Assembly: GCA_047637855.1 (NCBI GenBank)
Contig: JBLJBF010000190.1
Coordinates: 1-45,382, forward strand
DNA from: Pseudoflavonifractor sp.
Lineage (GTDB): Bacteria > Bacillota > Clostridia > Oscillospirales > Oscillospiraceae
DNA length: 45,382 bases
Direction of reading: 5' to 3'
Shown: piece by piece, positions 1-9,342 of the stretch
Position numbering within the stretch: position 1 is the stretch's first letter
Layout: every line of letters starts with the position of its first letter
Made by a program: the position numbers and the translations under genes
Notes under the pieces: generated by a model
What the model was told of the DNA's origin: nothing
Databases searched by the model: none
Seen by the model: the letters and a program-made list of their open reading frames with translations, nothing else

Positions 1-69
1 AAAATGCGCGGCGCATGAAAACTGTACGAATTTTTGGCGGATGGGCGAAACTGCCCTATTTTTGGGCAT

Positions 70-651
70 TCAGCCCCAGGTGTCAGATGACGGGCGGCGC
101 TGACCGCGCTTCAACGAAATTAGGATATTTCCCTCCAACAGGCGCCCGATATCCGCGATATAAGCCTCTACGTCGTATATCATTCCGTCGTGAAGCCACT
201 TGGTCATGAGTCCCAGCAGCGCCGACGTATAGAATACGGCAAGCGTATGTACATCCTCAGGGCTGATATCGGCAAGCCCCTCCGCCTCCCTTTGGATGTA
301 CGAGGTCATACTGATCAGCACAATATTGTACAGGTATTCTTCCACACGGTCCCGGTTGATGGAATGATACAGGTGAAAGATTGCGTGCCTGTTCTCCCGC
401 GCGAAGTCTGTGGCCTGTATGACCGCCTCCTGCCATGTATTGCAGTCCACATTCTGATTGATGAGCCGTTCGGTATCGTTGCGAAATATCTCGTCCACCA
501 GCGCGTATATGTCGGCGTAGTGGTAATAGAAGGTATTTCGGGTGATGCCGCATTTCTCCGCGATATCCACCACGGATATTTTGTCGAAGGGCCGCTCGTT
601 CAAGAGGGCGATAAACCCCTCGTTGATCGCTTTCCGCGTGTACTGTACCAT
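70..651 (-). CDS. TetR/AcrR family transcriptional regulator (DhaS-like C-terminus)
   Basis: N-terminal HTH 'FDKISVVDIAEKCGITRNTFYYHY'; 193 aa; GGAAG RBS-like sequence upstream. Confidence 0.9.
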   Translation of the reverse strand: MVQYTRKAINEGFIALLNERPFDKISVVDIAEKCGITRNTFYYHYADIYALVDEIFRNDTERLINQNVDCNTWQEAVIQATDFARENRHAIFHLYHSINRDRVEEYLYNIVLISMTSYIQREAEGLADISPEDVHTLAVFYTSALLGLMTKWLHDGMIYDVEAYIADIGRLLEGNILISLKRGQRRPSSDTWG

Positions 652-926
652 TTGCCGCTTCCCCCTGTTCTGTCAGATGCCTTGCGCGCCAATTGGCAAG
701 CCCGGTCACAGCCGGACCGAGTGAGCATGCTATTTTGCATATAGTATTTCATTGTATACGTTATGCTATTATAAGGTTTTGACGCTGTAAATTCAAGGTT
801 TTCTGGCATACCGATTGTCGGTCAGATTTGGCGAAGTGCGCAAGTTCCGGGCATCCCGGCAAGAATAACACAGCCAGAGAGGCGGACTTCCTCTGCCGGA
901 AGACGGATCAAATAGGCATTTGCACA

Positions 927-2429
927 TTACGCTTCATAGGTATAATCCTTTATTTCATACCCGTCAATGGACAGAGTTCTCACCGTGCCATTAAATCGGT
1001 AGTCAAGTTTGCCGCTGTTTTCAAAAAAGTTCATACTCCCTTTTAGAACGACATCATCCCCATATCCATTATCAACAGAAACTTGAATATGATAATTGAC
1101 CCCGACCTCCAATTTGCTGATTACCACCGGTTTCATAAGCGCGTTCTTGCCCATGATTGGAGCGGTTACCTGATATTGCACGCCCTCTATATGCATCGGC
1201 AGCGCATAGAGCTCGCGCGAGGCGTCGTCTGTGTTCACACTTAAATCGAGTCGGAAGCCCTCTTCTAAAACGAGCGGGTAAGATACGCGCAGCGCAGGAT
1301 TCTTGTTATCATCCGTCACAGGCTCAAATAGAAAAGGGTTGAATTCACTGCTTTGCGTATTGGTAAAGCTCAATTCCTGGCGGACCTCTGTGATGACGGG
1401 CCGTGCGTTTAAAGTCGTGTATCGATAGACATCTCCGCTAAACCTTAACCGCCCCGAATCTTCACGTTCCAGAGTGGAAAAATATGTGTCTCGAACAGCT
1501 CCGTCTGTTATTTGAAGCTGACACCTCCATGTGCCTGCCGCAAGATCCGATAAATGATAGCTGTTATCCTTAAAAAATCCGTCAGCAAGAGGCTCTTTAT
1601 TGACACTGTCAGAAACATTGAGCTTAATTTTTCTATCACCGGCTTGCCCGTTAAATATCAAAGTGTTTCCTTGTAATGTAAAAGGAATATTGTCCGCAGA
1701 CATTGATTGCTCAAATACAGTTCTCTCATATTTTGCGCTTGCGGGAGTGATTCTCTTTAATATTGACACAGGATCATCCACATAACCCGTATTTTCAGGT
1801 CTCGCCTGCTGAGTTTTTATCGGATCAATATCGAAAGATATGTCAATCGCAGCGCTTTTGTCGGCGGGCATAGAAAGAGCACCGTAGACAAATGCACACG
1901 CAACCCAACGTTTGGACGCGATACCGTAATTAAATAAAACAGCATCCGTCACGCCATATCTTTTTGCCACTTCCATATAACCATTAGGGTATCCCCCAAG
2001 TTTTTTGGCCTCATCGGTGTATCCCCATGCTGCCACTAGAATTTTAACGGCCTGCTCATTTGTTATCGTGAGAGCAGGACGAAAGGTTCCGTCATCAAAG
2101 CCGTTGATTGCCTTGAATTCCACAGCGGTGTTGATATATCCCGCCGCCCAATGGGTGCTCGGCACATCACCAAAATAGTCTTTGCCAGCCATTTCAGGGG
2201 TTTCAGCAATTTTATCAACGCCGATTGCCCGGCAAAGAATGGCCGCAAACTCCGCCCTTGTCAATTCATCATCAGGTCGAAGGCCGCCACTCGGATCGCC
2301 TTTTATAATTCCGTTGTCTTGCAGCACGTACATTTCATGATATAAATCATCAGGGTTTGCTTGGGCAGTGGCTGCAATCGTGCTCGATAACAAGGCGATT
2401 ATAAAAACGACACAAAATATCTTTTTCAT
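927..2429 (-). CDS. Secreted S-layer homology (SLH) domain protein with an unknown C-terminal region
   Basis: Signal peptide; SLH motifs 'GIIKGDPSGGLRPDDELTRAEFAAIL', 'FGDVPSTHWAAGYI', 'INGFDDGTFRP'; more AT-rich than the downstream locus. Confidence 0.85.
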   Translation of the reverse strand: MKKIFCVVFIIALLSSTIAATAQANPDDLYHEMYVLQDNGIIKGDPSGGLRPDDELTRAEFAAILCRAIGVDKIAETPEMAGKDYFGDVPSTHWAAGYINTAVEFKAINGFDDGTFRPALTITNEQAVKILVAAWGYTDEAKKLGGYPNGYMEVAKRYGVTDAVLFNYGIASKRWVACAFVYGALSMPADKSAAIDISFDIDPIKTQQARPENTGYVDDPVSILKRITPASAKYERTVFEQSMSADNIPFTLQGNTLIFNGQAGDRKIKLNVSDSVNKEPLADGFFKDNSYHLSDLAAGTWRCQLQITDGAVRDTYFSTLEREDSGRLRFSGDVYRYTTLNARPVITEVRQELSFTNTQSSEFNPFLFEPVTDDNKNPALRVSYPLVLEEGFRLDLSVNTDDASRELYALPMHIEGVQYQVTAPIMGKNALMKPVVISKLEVGVNYHIQVSVDNGYGDDVVLKGSMNFFENSGKLDYRFNGTVRTLSIDGYEIKDYTYEA

Positions 2430-2499
2430 TTTTCTGCTCCAATCCGGCAGTATAAATACGATCTTCGTAACCCTGTATCATTTATATTGTATCTTATCG

Positions 2500-2546
2500 A
2501 TTGTAAGGGCACAAGCCAAAATCAGCTTGTGCCCTTACAATTTTTT
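2500..2546 (+). terminator. 17-bp perfect inverted repeat followed by a T-run (terminator-like, or an operator upstream of the SLH gene)
   Basis: ATTGTAAGGGCACAAGC-caaaatca-GCTTGTGCCCTTACAAT then TTTTT. Confidence 0.55.
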
Positions 2547-2750
2547 GAGCAAATACCTCTTATTGACTGCGATGCAAATGCTGTCGCGGTTTTATTTTCT
2601 CCTGTTCCTAAAAATTTGGAAGCATACGCTGCTAAAATTCTCTGTACACAACGCAGCACGGAGTATGAGGGCCCGAAAAATTTTCAAGCAGAGTGTTGAA
2701 ATACTGTCATGTTCTTTGAACAGTGACAACGCCGACACAGCCCACCTTGG

Positions 2751-2773
2751 GTTCAAGTCTCACCAGTCGCTCC
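2751..2773 (+). other. tRNA 3'-end-like fragment (possible att-site relic, tRNA-Gly-like)
   Basis: GTTCAAGT-CTCAC-CAGTCGC-T-CC resembles T-loop, 3' T-stem, 3' acceptor strand, discriminator and CC(A); no 5' half present. Confidence 0.4.
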
Positions 2774-2807
2774 GAACAGGGCCTTGGCATCTACCGTTGC
2801 ATTACTA

Positions 2808-2829
2808 TGGGCATTCGCAACGATATAGA
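2808..2829 (+). repeat. 22-bp direct repeat, copy 1
   Basis: TGGGCATTCGCAACGATATAGA, identical to 32195-32216. Confidence 0.9.
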
Positions 2830-2942
2830 CGCTGCTGAAAATCCCCGCCGCAAGTGCTGCATCCCAAGTGTTTTGCCGCGGGCAAAACCTTGATGCCGGG
2901 CGGATTTATTCCGCCCGAGCAGATAAAATAATCCTGGCATCC

Positions 2943-2981
2943 AAACGGAAAGAGACACCCATGGGGTATCTCTTTCCGTTT
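2943..2981 (-). terminator. Rho-independent terminator after the recombinase gene
   Basis: AAACGGAAAGAGACACCC-atg-GGGTATCTCTTTCCGTTT; the single mismatch is a G-U pair on the minus strand. Confidence 0.7.
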
Positions 2982-4170
2982 AGTGGACCAGGGCGCGGGG
3001 AACGCGAACACCTGTCGTTAATCCGGCGTCAATTTCCTTGACTGTGATGGTGCGGTTGTCGCCGCTGTAATTGAAGGTTAGCACCACCTTGTCGTCGTGG
3101 ACAAACACCGAATTGATAAAGGCCTTGATCAGCCGTTTCTGGCATTCCTCATCCGTATAGTCATACTCCGAAAACTTGCGCAGGAAATATAGGATTTGGT
3201 CCTTCTTAATACCAAGATCCAGCTTTAGCTTTGAGTCGGCAAGCGCAGCTTCCAATTCCGCCTTTCGGCTGTCCAGCTCGTCCATGCGAGCTTTCGTCGC
3301 GTTATTGAAAATCCCAGCCTCAATTGCTTTGATCAGGTTGGTCGTCGCCCTGTTGGTTTCTACCAGAGCCACCTCAAGGGATTCGGTATAGGAGCTGTCG
3401 GTATTTTGCTCAAGATAATACCGACAGGTGCTTTTCGCTATGAACTCCAGAAGCACCTCGTCCTGAACCAGCTTGATCGCATATTCTAGCACGAGCCCTT
3501 CGATCCAGTTCTTCCGAACAGGCCGTTTGGTGCAGCTCTTTTTTCGTTGCTCCGTGCAGTAGTAATAGTAATGACGGGTTCCCGTCTTGTTGGTGCCGCT
3601 GACACCGACCATCATTTTGTCGCACTTGCCGCAAAAGAGCTTTTCCGTCAGCAGGTAATCGGTCACGGTGTTTTTATGTGCGGCGGCCTTCTGGTTATAC
3701 CGAAGCATTTCCTGCACCTTGGAAAACATCTCCTTTTCCACAATGGGCGGGATCACGTCTTCAATGCGAATTTCATCCTTGTATGTACACACGCCGATGT
3801 ACTTCTTGTTTTTCAACATCATCCGCAGGCTGTTATTGGTGAACGGCCGGCCCTTCAGAGTGCGAAGCCCCTGCTCGTTGAGATGGCGGATGATTTCCGC
3901 CATCGTCCAGCCTTTACTGTAAAGCTCGTAGACCTTTTTCACGGTAGGGGCTGTCTCCGGGTCAATGACAAACCGCTTGTCCGGCCCGGTCTTGTAGCCC
4001 AACGGACGGTTCCCGCCGGTGCTCTGCGCCTCGGATGCGCTGGCTCTCTGCCCACGCCGGATGTTCTGGGAAAGCTGCTCGGAGTAGTAGGCCGCCATGC
4101 CCTCGATTACGCTTTCCAGAATAATACCCTCAGGTGTGTCGGGAATGAACTCGGCGATATAATATATTTT
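2980..4170 (-). pseudogene. Large serine recombinase, N-terminally truncated (catalytic resolvase domain missing)
   Basis: Frame extends upstream as KIYYIAEFIPDTPEGIILESVIEGMAAYYSEQLSQNIRRG; recombinase domain (PLGY...NKKYIG), Zn ribbon (CGKC...YYYC) and coiled coil present; no YxRxS motif. Confidence 0.85.
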
Positions 4171-4292
4171 ATGATTATCCCTTTGAGTCAGCCAAGCTCA
4201 AGCTTTTTATAAATACCTTTTTAGGGAATAAGCAGATAGAGATTATGTTCAAATTTCGCAAGCCTGAGTGAGAATAAAATTTTTTGCGGAGG

Positions 4293-4806
4293 CTATTTGT
4301 ATGCCGTGTTACCCCTCTGGCCCTCCACAAAAACTGGAGAGCCGGAGGGGGACAGGGAAAGATGAGACGGGCGGCGGTTGACTCGATATTTGATCTTTCT
4401 GCCTTGATGGGTGCGTACTATGGCATCCCCACGTTTTTCGGCACCCAGATAGCCGCTGTCGCCGTGGACTGTTTCCTCCTGCCCCGTCAGCAGCTCCGGT
4501 GTCATGGCAACATCACATTGCGCACCAGAAGGGTTTGAAACCGCCCCCGCGTGTCGCCGTCGGGCACCTGATTGCTGGGAAAACCGCAGCATATGGTCCA
4601 GCGGGTAGGGCTTATTTCTGCGCTCTCCTTTGTAGCAGCACGGCGGTATAATTCGCTCCATCTGCGCTAGAAATTCTTTTTTCTTTGTCCCCACCCGCGC
4701 CAGTTTATCGCTCAAAGCGGACAGGCTCATCTGTTTATCCATACGCTTATTTTACCATATATAGCACAGATTTCGTACCCGCTTTTTCTGTGCGGTGTTG
4801 CCCTAA
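4293..4806 (-). mobile_element. IS5-family transposase remnant with internal deletions and a putative left end
   Basis: 'TKKKEFLAQMERIIP', 'NKPYPL..MLR', 'ELLTGQEETVHGDSGYLGAEKR'; end-like AGGGCAACACCGCACAG on the minus strand near 4788-4804. Confidence 0.75.
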
Positions 4807-5082
4807 ACTTTCCATATGAATTCCTTGCCGCATCAATCTGTGGCCGGCCCCAGGATTCACGCGTCAGTTAAATGAGGTACACAATTTAGGAAAGAGGGTT
4901 GCGCTCCCCGCAAGGGTTCTCCTCTTGTCCATGGTGGCGGCCGCAAAGTCCGGCCCGCTGGCTATTATTCCTCTGCGCTCGTTTTCTTCGGGCCATATTA
5001 AAAACCTCCGATGTGGTGCTTCTATGCTACACCACATCGAAGGTTTACACAAAACTCGGGATTGCCTCTTGCTTGATTTGAC

Positions 5083-5880
5083 TCAGGGCTGCTTGCCGAT
5101 ATAGGCGAGGATGCCGCCGTCGACGTAGAGGATGTGACCGTTAACGAAGTCTGAGGCGCTGGAGGCGAGGAACACGGCCGGCCCTGTCAAATCCGCGGTG
5201 GTGCCCCAGCGGGCGGCGGGGGTCTTGGAGACGATGAACTGGTCGAAGGGGTGGCGGGAGCCGTCGGCCTGCCGCTCCCGCAGGGGGGCTGTCTGGGGGG
5301 TCTCGATATAGCCGGGGCCGATGCCGTTGCACTGGATGTTGAACGAGCCGTACTCGGAGCAGATATTGCGGGTGAGCATCTTCAGTCCGCCCTTGGCGGC
5401 TGCGTAGGCCGAGACGGTCTCCCGGCCCAACTCGCTCATCATGGAGCAGATGTTGATGATCTTGCCTTGGCCCTTTTTCATCATGGAGGGAATGACGGCC
5501 TTGGAGACGATGAAAGGGGCGTTCAGGTCCACATCAATGACCTGGCGGAAATCGGCGGCCGACATCTCGTGCATGGGGATACGCTTAATGATGCCCGCGT
5601 TGTTGACCAAAATGTCGATCACGCCCACCTCGGTCTCAATTTTCCGGACCATATCGATTACACCGGGTTCGTCGGTTACATCGCAGACATAGCCATGGGC
5701 TTTGATGCCATCGGCGGCGTAGGCCGCCAGGCCCTTGTCCACCATCTCCTGTCTAAGATCGTTAAAGACGATGGTGGCGCCCGCGGCGGCATAAGCGGTG
5801 GCAATGGAGTAACCGATGCCATAGGAAGCTCCGGTGATCAGAGCTACTTTGCCCTCCAGAGAAAATGCGTTCATATCCAT
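5083..5880 (-). CDS. kduD: SDR reductase, gluconate 5-dehydrogenase/DhuD-KduD type (2-keto-3-deoxygluconate-forming)
   Basis: TGASYGIG, NNAG and YAAAK motifs; co-operonic with kduI and GH88. Confidence 0.8.
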   Translation of the reverse strand: MDMNAFSLEGKVALITGASYGIGYSIATAYAAAGATIVFNDLRQEMVDKGLAAYAADGIKAHGYVCDVTDEPGVIDMVRKIETEVGVIDILVNNAGIIKRIPMHEMSAADFRQVIDVDLNAPFIVSKAVIPSMMKKGQGKIINICSMMSELGRETVSAYAAAKGGLKMLTRNICSEYGSFNIQCNGIGPGYIETPQTAPLRERQADGSRHPFDQFIVSKTPAARWGTTADLTGPAVFLASSASDFVNGHILYVDGGILAYIGKQP

Positions 5881-5892
5881 AGTAGTACCTCC

Positions 5893-6690
5893 TTAAAGTA
5901 GATGGTTGGCTTCTGTGCCCCAGGCCTCCAGCTGCGTGAGGGCGGGGAAGGGCGAGGGATCGCTCTCGTCCTTGATCAGCCTGCTCAGCTTGAGCCAGCG
6001 CACAGTTCTGGGAGAGATGGTAAAACTCTGGGGGCGGCCCGTCTTGACAAATTCCGGGGCAAATTCGCTCCCGTCGGAAAAGGTGAAGAGGGCGGTTTTC
6101 CACCAGTTGTCGTGAGGAAAGTCAGCCCGGAGGGTGACGACCAGCGTGTCGATGGTCACATCCCGCCCAAAGTCGACGGTGAGTTCGGCGTCCGGGTTGC
6201 GGTTGATGCCCCAGCTCTGGTAGGGCCAGGGGCCGTGCCCCTCGTTAGCGTAGTGCCCGTCGATCGCGTTGCGCGCCGCGAAGACCGATTCGCCCCGGGT
6301 CTCCACGTTGGCATACGCGTGTGGGAAGAGACCGGCGTTGTCGTGGCTGTCCAGCACGTTGCGGCAGAGGTCGCGCCGTGCGGCGATCTCATCGGTCGTG
6401 GCCACCCGGGCGGTGAGAAGATGGACCTCCCCTGTAAAGCTCTTTGGGGAGTAGCTCACCCGTTTCTCCCCAAAGGGGATCATGAGCCGGAATTCCCCGT
6501 TGAGATATCCGTGGGTGCGGGCCATGCTGTCCTCCAGCAGGGCGGAGATATAGCCCGGGTGATCGGAGAACACGGTTATCATGTCCCCGTCTTCATAGGG
6601 GGCGGCATATACCAGCGTGACTTCCCCCTCGCCTTGGGCACTGGCCTTCAGGCTGCCGCCGGGCCCGGTGATGGATATGGTCAGCAGCAT
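5893..6690 (-). CDS. Cytoplasmic protein with a galactose-binding/discoidin-like C-terminal domain, function unknown
   Basis: 'FAARNAIDG...SWG...ELTVDFGRDVTIDTL...VRWLKL...LTQLEAWG' follows the F5/8-like pattern; no signal peptide; abuts kduI. Confidence 0.7.
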   Translation of the reverse strand: MLLTISITGPGGSLKASAQGEGEVTLVYAAPYEDGDMITVFSDHPGYISALLEDSMARTHGYLNGEFRLMIPFGEKRVSYSPKSFTGEVHLLTARVATTDEIAARRDLCRNVLDSHDNAGLFPHAYANVETRGESVFAARNAIDGHYANEGHGPWPYQSWGINRNPDAELTVDFGRDVTIDTLVVTLRADFPHDNWWKTALFTFSDGSEFAPEFVKTGRPQSFTISPRTVRWLKLSRLIKDESDPSPFPALTQLEAWGTEANHLL

Positions 6691-7533
6691 TCAGCGCACC
6701 TCTGCGGTGGGCACGGCGTCCATGTCGTCAAAGGCCTGGTTCTCGCCGCCCATAGCCCAGATGAAGGTGTAGCTCCCCGTGCCGCAGCCGGCGTGGATGC
6801 TCCAGGAGGGGGAGATGACGGCGTCGAAGTTCTGGATCACCAGATGCCGGGTCTCGGTGGGCTGGCCCATCATGTGAAAGACCACATTGTTCTCGGGAAT
6901 GTCAAAATAGGTGTAGATCTCCATCCGCCGTTCGTGGGTATGGACGGGCATGGTGTTCCAGACGCTGCCGGGCTCCAGCACGGTCATGCCCATGGACAGC
7001 TGACAGGTTTTGAGCACATCGGGATGGATGAACTGGTTGATGACGCGCTTGTTGGCGGTCTCCACCGCGCCCAGGGGTTTCTTGGCCGCGTCGGCCAGCT
7101 TGATGAGCCGGGTCTCATAGGCGCAGTGGGCAGGGGCGGAAATTCCATAAAACTTGGCGGGGTCCGCCGCGTCGTCACTGGAGAAGATCACGCTGCGGGA
7201 GCCCTGGGTGATATAGATGCAGTCCTTATGCCCCATGGGGTAGGCCGTACCGTCCACGGTGCATACGCCCTTGCCGCCCAGGTTGAAGAAACCGACTTCG
7301 CGGCGCTCCAGAAAATATCCGGTGCCGAAGTTATGCCAAATGTCGATGCCCTTGTCAATGGGAACGGCCTCATGCACGGGCATGACACCCAGCGTCACCA
7401 TCCGGTCTACGTGGGAGTAGACCGCCTGTACGCTGTCCGGCTGGTAGAGGTCCCGAATCAGGAATTCCTCCCGGAGCTCTTGCGTTGTGTAGCGCATGAC
7501 GTCGCGCGGGCCGGTGCTGTATCTGATATCCAT
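6691..7533 (-). CDS. kduI: 5-dehydro-4-deoxy-D-glucuronate isomerase
   Basis: 'YSHVDRM', 'YFLERRE', 'CQLSMGMT', 'WNTMPVHTHERRME', 'SPSWSIH', 'WAMGGENQ'. Confidence 0.95.
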   Translation of the reverse strand: MDIRYSTGPRDVMRYTTQELREEFLIRDLYQPDSVQAVYSHVDRMVTLGVMPVHEAVPIDKGIDIWHNFGTGYFLERREVGFFNLGGKGVCTVDGTAYPMGHKDCIYITQGSRSVIFSSDDAADPAKFYGISAPAHCAYETRLIKLADAAKKPLGAVETANKRVINQFIHPDVLKTCQLSMGMTVLEPGSVWNTMPVHTHERRMEIYTYFDIPENNVVFHMMGQPTETRHLVIQNFDAVISPSWSIHAGCGTGSYTFIWAMGGENQAFDDMDAVPTAEVR

Positions 7534-7626
7534 GTTGAAACGACCTCCTTATTATTTGAATGCGGCGCCCGGACCTTTATCCCGGCGGCGCCGCGCGGGC
7601 TGACAGGCCTTGGCCTGCTTTGAAAC

Positions 7627-9342
7627 TTATGTGGGTACATCTCCCGTCACGACGGTGACGATGCGGTGCGTCCCAGCCTCCAGGCGGAAGAGCAGCGTGG
7701 GGATGCGGGTGAGGGGAAACAAAAGGTTGGTGTTGGGGTAGGCCTTGACCAGCAGAGGCTCACACCGGCCCGCCTCGCAGTGGATCGCGCTGGTACCCCA
7801 GGGGAAGCGGGCGGCAACAGCCCGGTCGGTCAGCGTCACCATGTCAGGGGTGTAGGGCCGCCCCTCCCATTCGGCGGGGATGGCAAACCCGGCGTCAGCC
7901 ATGTCGATGGGCCGGTCGGTGGTGACGCGGTACTCCCGCCGGTGACGGGGAAAGTCGGGGGTGACGGTGACTGTGACCTCCACCCCGCGCAGGGGGGAGA
8001 ACGTACGGGAGACGGAGGTGTCGCTCACGGCCCAGTCTGAAAAGCCGCGGGCCATACGGTAGCGTCCCTCTCCTGCCTCAGAAAAGACGGGGCCGTTGTC
8101 GTAGGCCCCCTCCTCCAGACTCTCGCCCCGGGGGATGGAGAACCCGAACCGGGTGGAGTAGACCAGCTTCTCATATTTGGAGGCGCAGTTGCCCAGCTGA
8201 TTGACGCAGTGCTGGCCCGCCACGAACATCTGCACCTGGCGGGCGTCGCGGCACAGCAGCATCCGGGCCTGGGGGAGGGCCTTTTGTCCGGCAAGGGAGG
8301 GGATGACCTCCTCCGCCGTCCAGAAGGGGTGCTCCTCGGGTAGGGCCAGGCAGAGGAAGGCCTTGAAGGCCCAATAGGGAGAGCCTGGGGCATTATAGTT
8401 CTCGCTCATAAAGAGATTGGGGTAGGAGTACCCCACGCTGAGGAGCCCGCCGTCGGTGAGGATGGGCTGGGCGAACCAGTCCCGCAGATTGCCCAGCACC
8501 CGGCCCTTCAGCACCCCCCAGGGCAGGGCCTCAACATCGGCAAAGGCCAGGGCGGCGAAGAACGCGCACTGGCTAAAGCGGTAAGTCAGGCTCCGGCCGA
8601 AAGGCACGGCCCGTCCGCCGTCTTCAAACCAGTAGAGGAAGTCGGGGGCAAAGGCGGCGGCCCGCTCCTTAAAGACGCGGCAGCGCCCGGGATCCAGGTC
8701 CTCCATGCACGATGCATAGATCAGGCCATAGAAATGCATCCCGAATGGGATGTAGTAGTCCATCTGGGTGGCCGGGCCGTCGCTGTACCAGCCGCCGCTC
8801 AGATACCAGCCGTCGATCCGGGCCAAGTCGGCCGTCACCTGGAGTTCGTCCCACGCCCAGCCCATTCTGCGGAAGGCGGCATTGACCAGCACCCGGAAGA
8901 AGAACCAGTTGTTCTTGGGAATGTCGGCCCCGTTGACCTTGCCCATCCAAGTGTGGAGGTTGGCGGTCTCCTCCTCGCTGAACTTCAGTTCTCTCCCGCA
9001 CAGGAGAATCGTAAGGGAAACAGCGGCCATCTCCACGATCTTCTGGTCGTAGTCAAAGGGGTCGCCCCAGTAGGCGGGGTGCCGGGGGTCTACGCCGTTT
9101 ACCAGCCCGGTCCGAAAGACGGGCAGATACTCCCGCCCTTCCCCCGCGGCCCAGAGGGGGGCCAGCCCCCACAGCATACGGGAAAAGGCCTCCATGTGGG
9201 CGGAACCCTCCCCGTAGTGGGCGGCGAAGTCTCCCAGATGGAACCCGGCATCCCCCGCGGTGGCGCGGGGCAGCACCGGTTCCAGAAGGCGGTGCAGCAA
9301 TTGCGCCACGTCGGCGCGGCCACAAATGTTCAAGGGTCTCAA
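7627..9342 (-). CDS. DUF2264 protein (GH154-related putative glucuronidase); true start probably TTG at 9342 or 9333
   Basis: 'MEAFSRMLWG', 'DQKIVE', 'NNWFFF', 'GWYSDG', 'DYY', 'GRSLTYRF', 'ENYNAPGSPYW'. Confidence 0.8.
   Translation of the reverse strand: MRPLNICGRADVAQLLHRLLEPVLPRATAGDAGFHLGDFAAHYGEGSAHMEAFSRMLWGLAPLWAAGEGREYLPVFRTGLVNGVDPRHPAYWGDPFDYDQKIVEMAAVSLTILLCGRELKFSEEETANLHTWMGKVNGADIPKNNWFFFRVLVNAAFRRMGWAWDELQVTADLARIDGWYLSGGWYSDGPATQMDYYIPFGMHFYGLIYASCMEDLDPGRCRVFKERAAAFAPDFLYWFEDGGRAVPFGRSLTYRFSQCAFFAALAFADVEALPWGVLKGRVLGNLRDWFAQPILTDGGLLSVGYSYPNLFMSENYNAPGSPYWAFKAFLCLALPEEHPFWTAEEVIPSLAGQKALPQARMLLCRDARQVQMFVAGQHCVNQLGNCASKYEKLVYSTRFGFSIPRGESLEEGAYDNGPVFSEAGEGRYRMARGFSDWAVSDTSVSRTFSPLRGVEVTVTVTPDFPRHRREYRVTTDRPIDMADAGFAIPAEWEGRPYTPDMVTLTDRAVAARFPWGTSAIHCEAGRCEPLLVKAYPNTNLLFPLTRIPTLLFRLEAGTHRIVTVVTGDVPT

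Noticed and set aside
2700-2780. Intact tRNA gene
   Set aside because: Only a 3'-end-like 23-mer is present; no D-arm, anticodon arm or matching 5' acceptor strand
2980-4098. Functional integrase able to mobilise the locus
   Set aside because: The catalytic N-terminal domain is absent and replaced by unrelated sequence next to the IS5 remnant
4219-4240. Right inverted repeat of the IS5 remnant (TAGGGAATAAGCAG)
   Set aside because: Match to the left end beyond TAGGG is too weak
5902-7623. 573-aa plus-strand ORF
   Set aside because: Antisense to kduI and the neighbouring gene; shadow ORF
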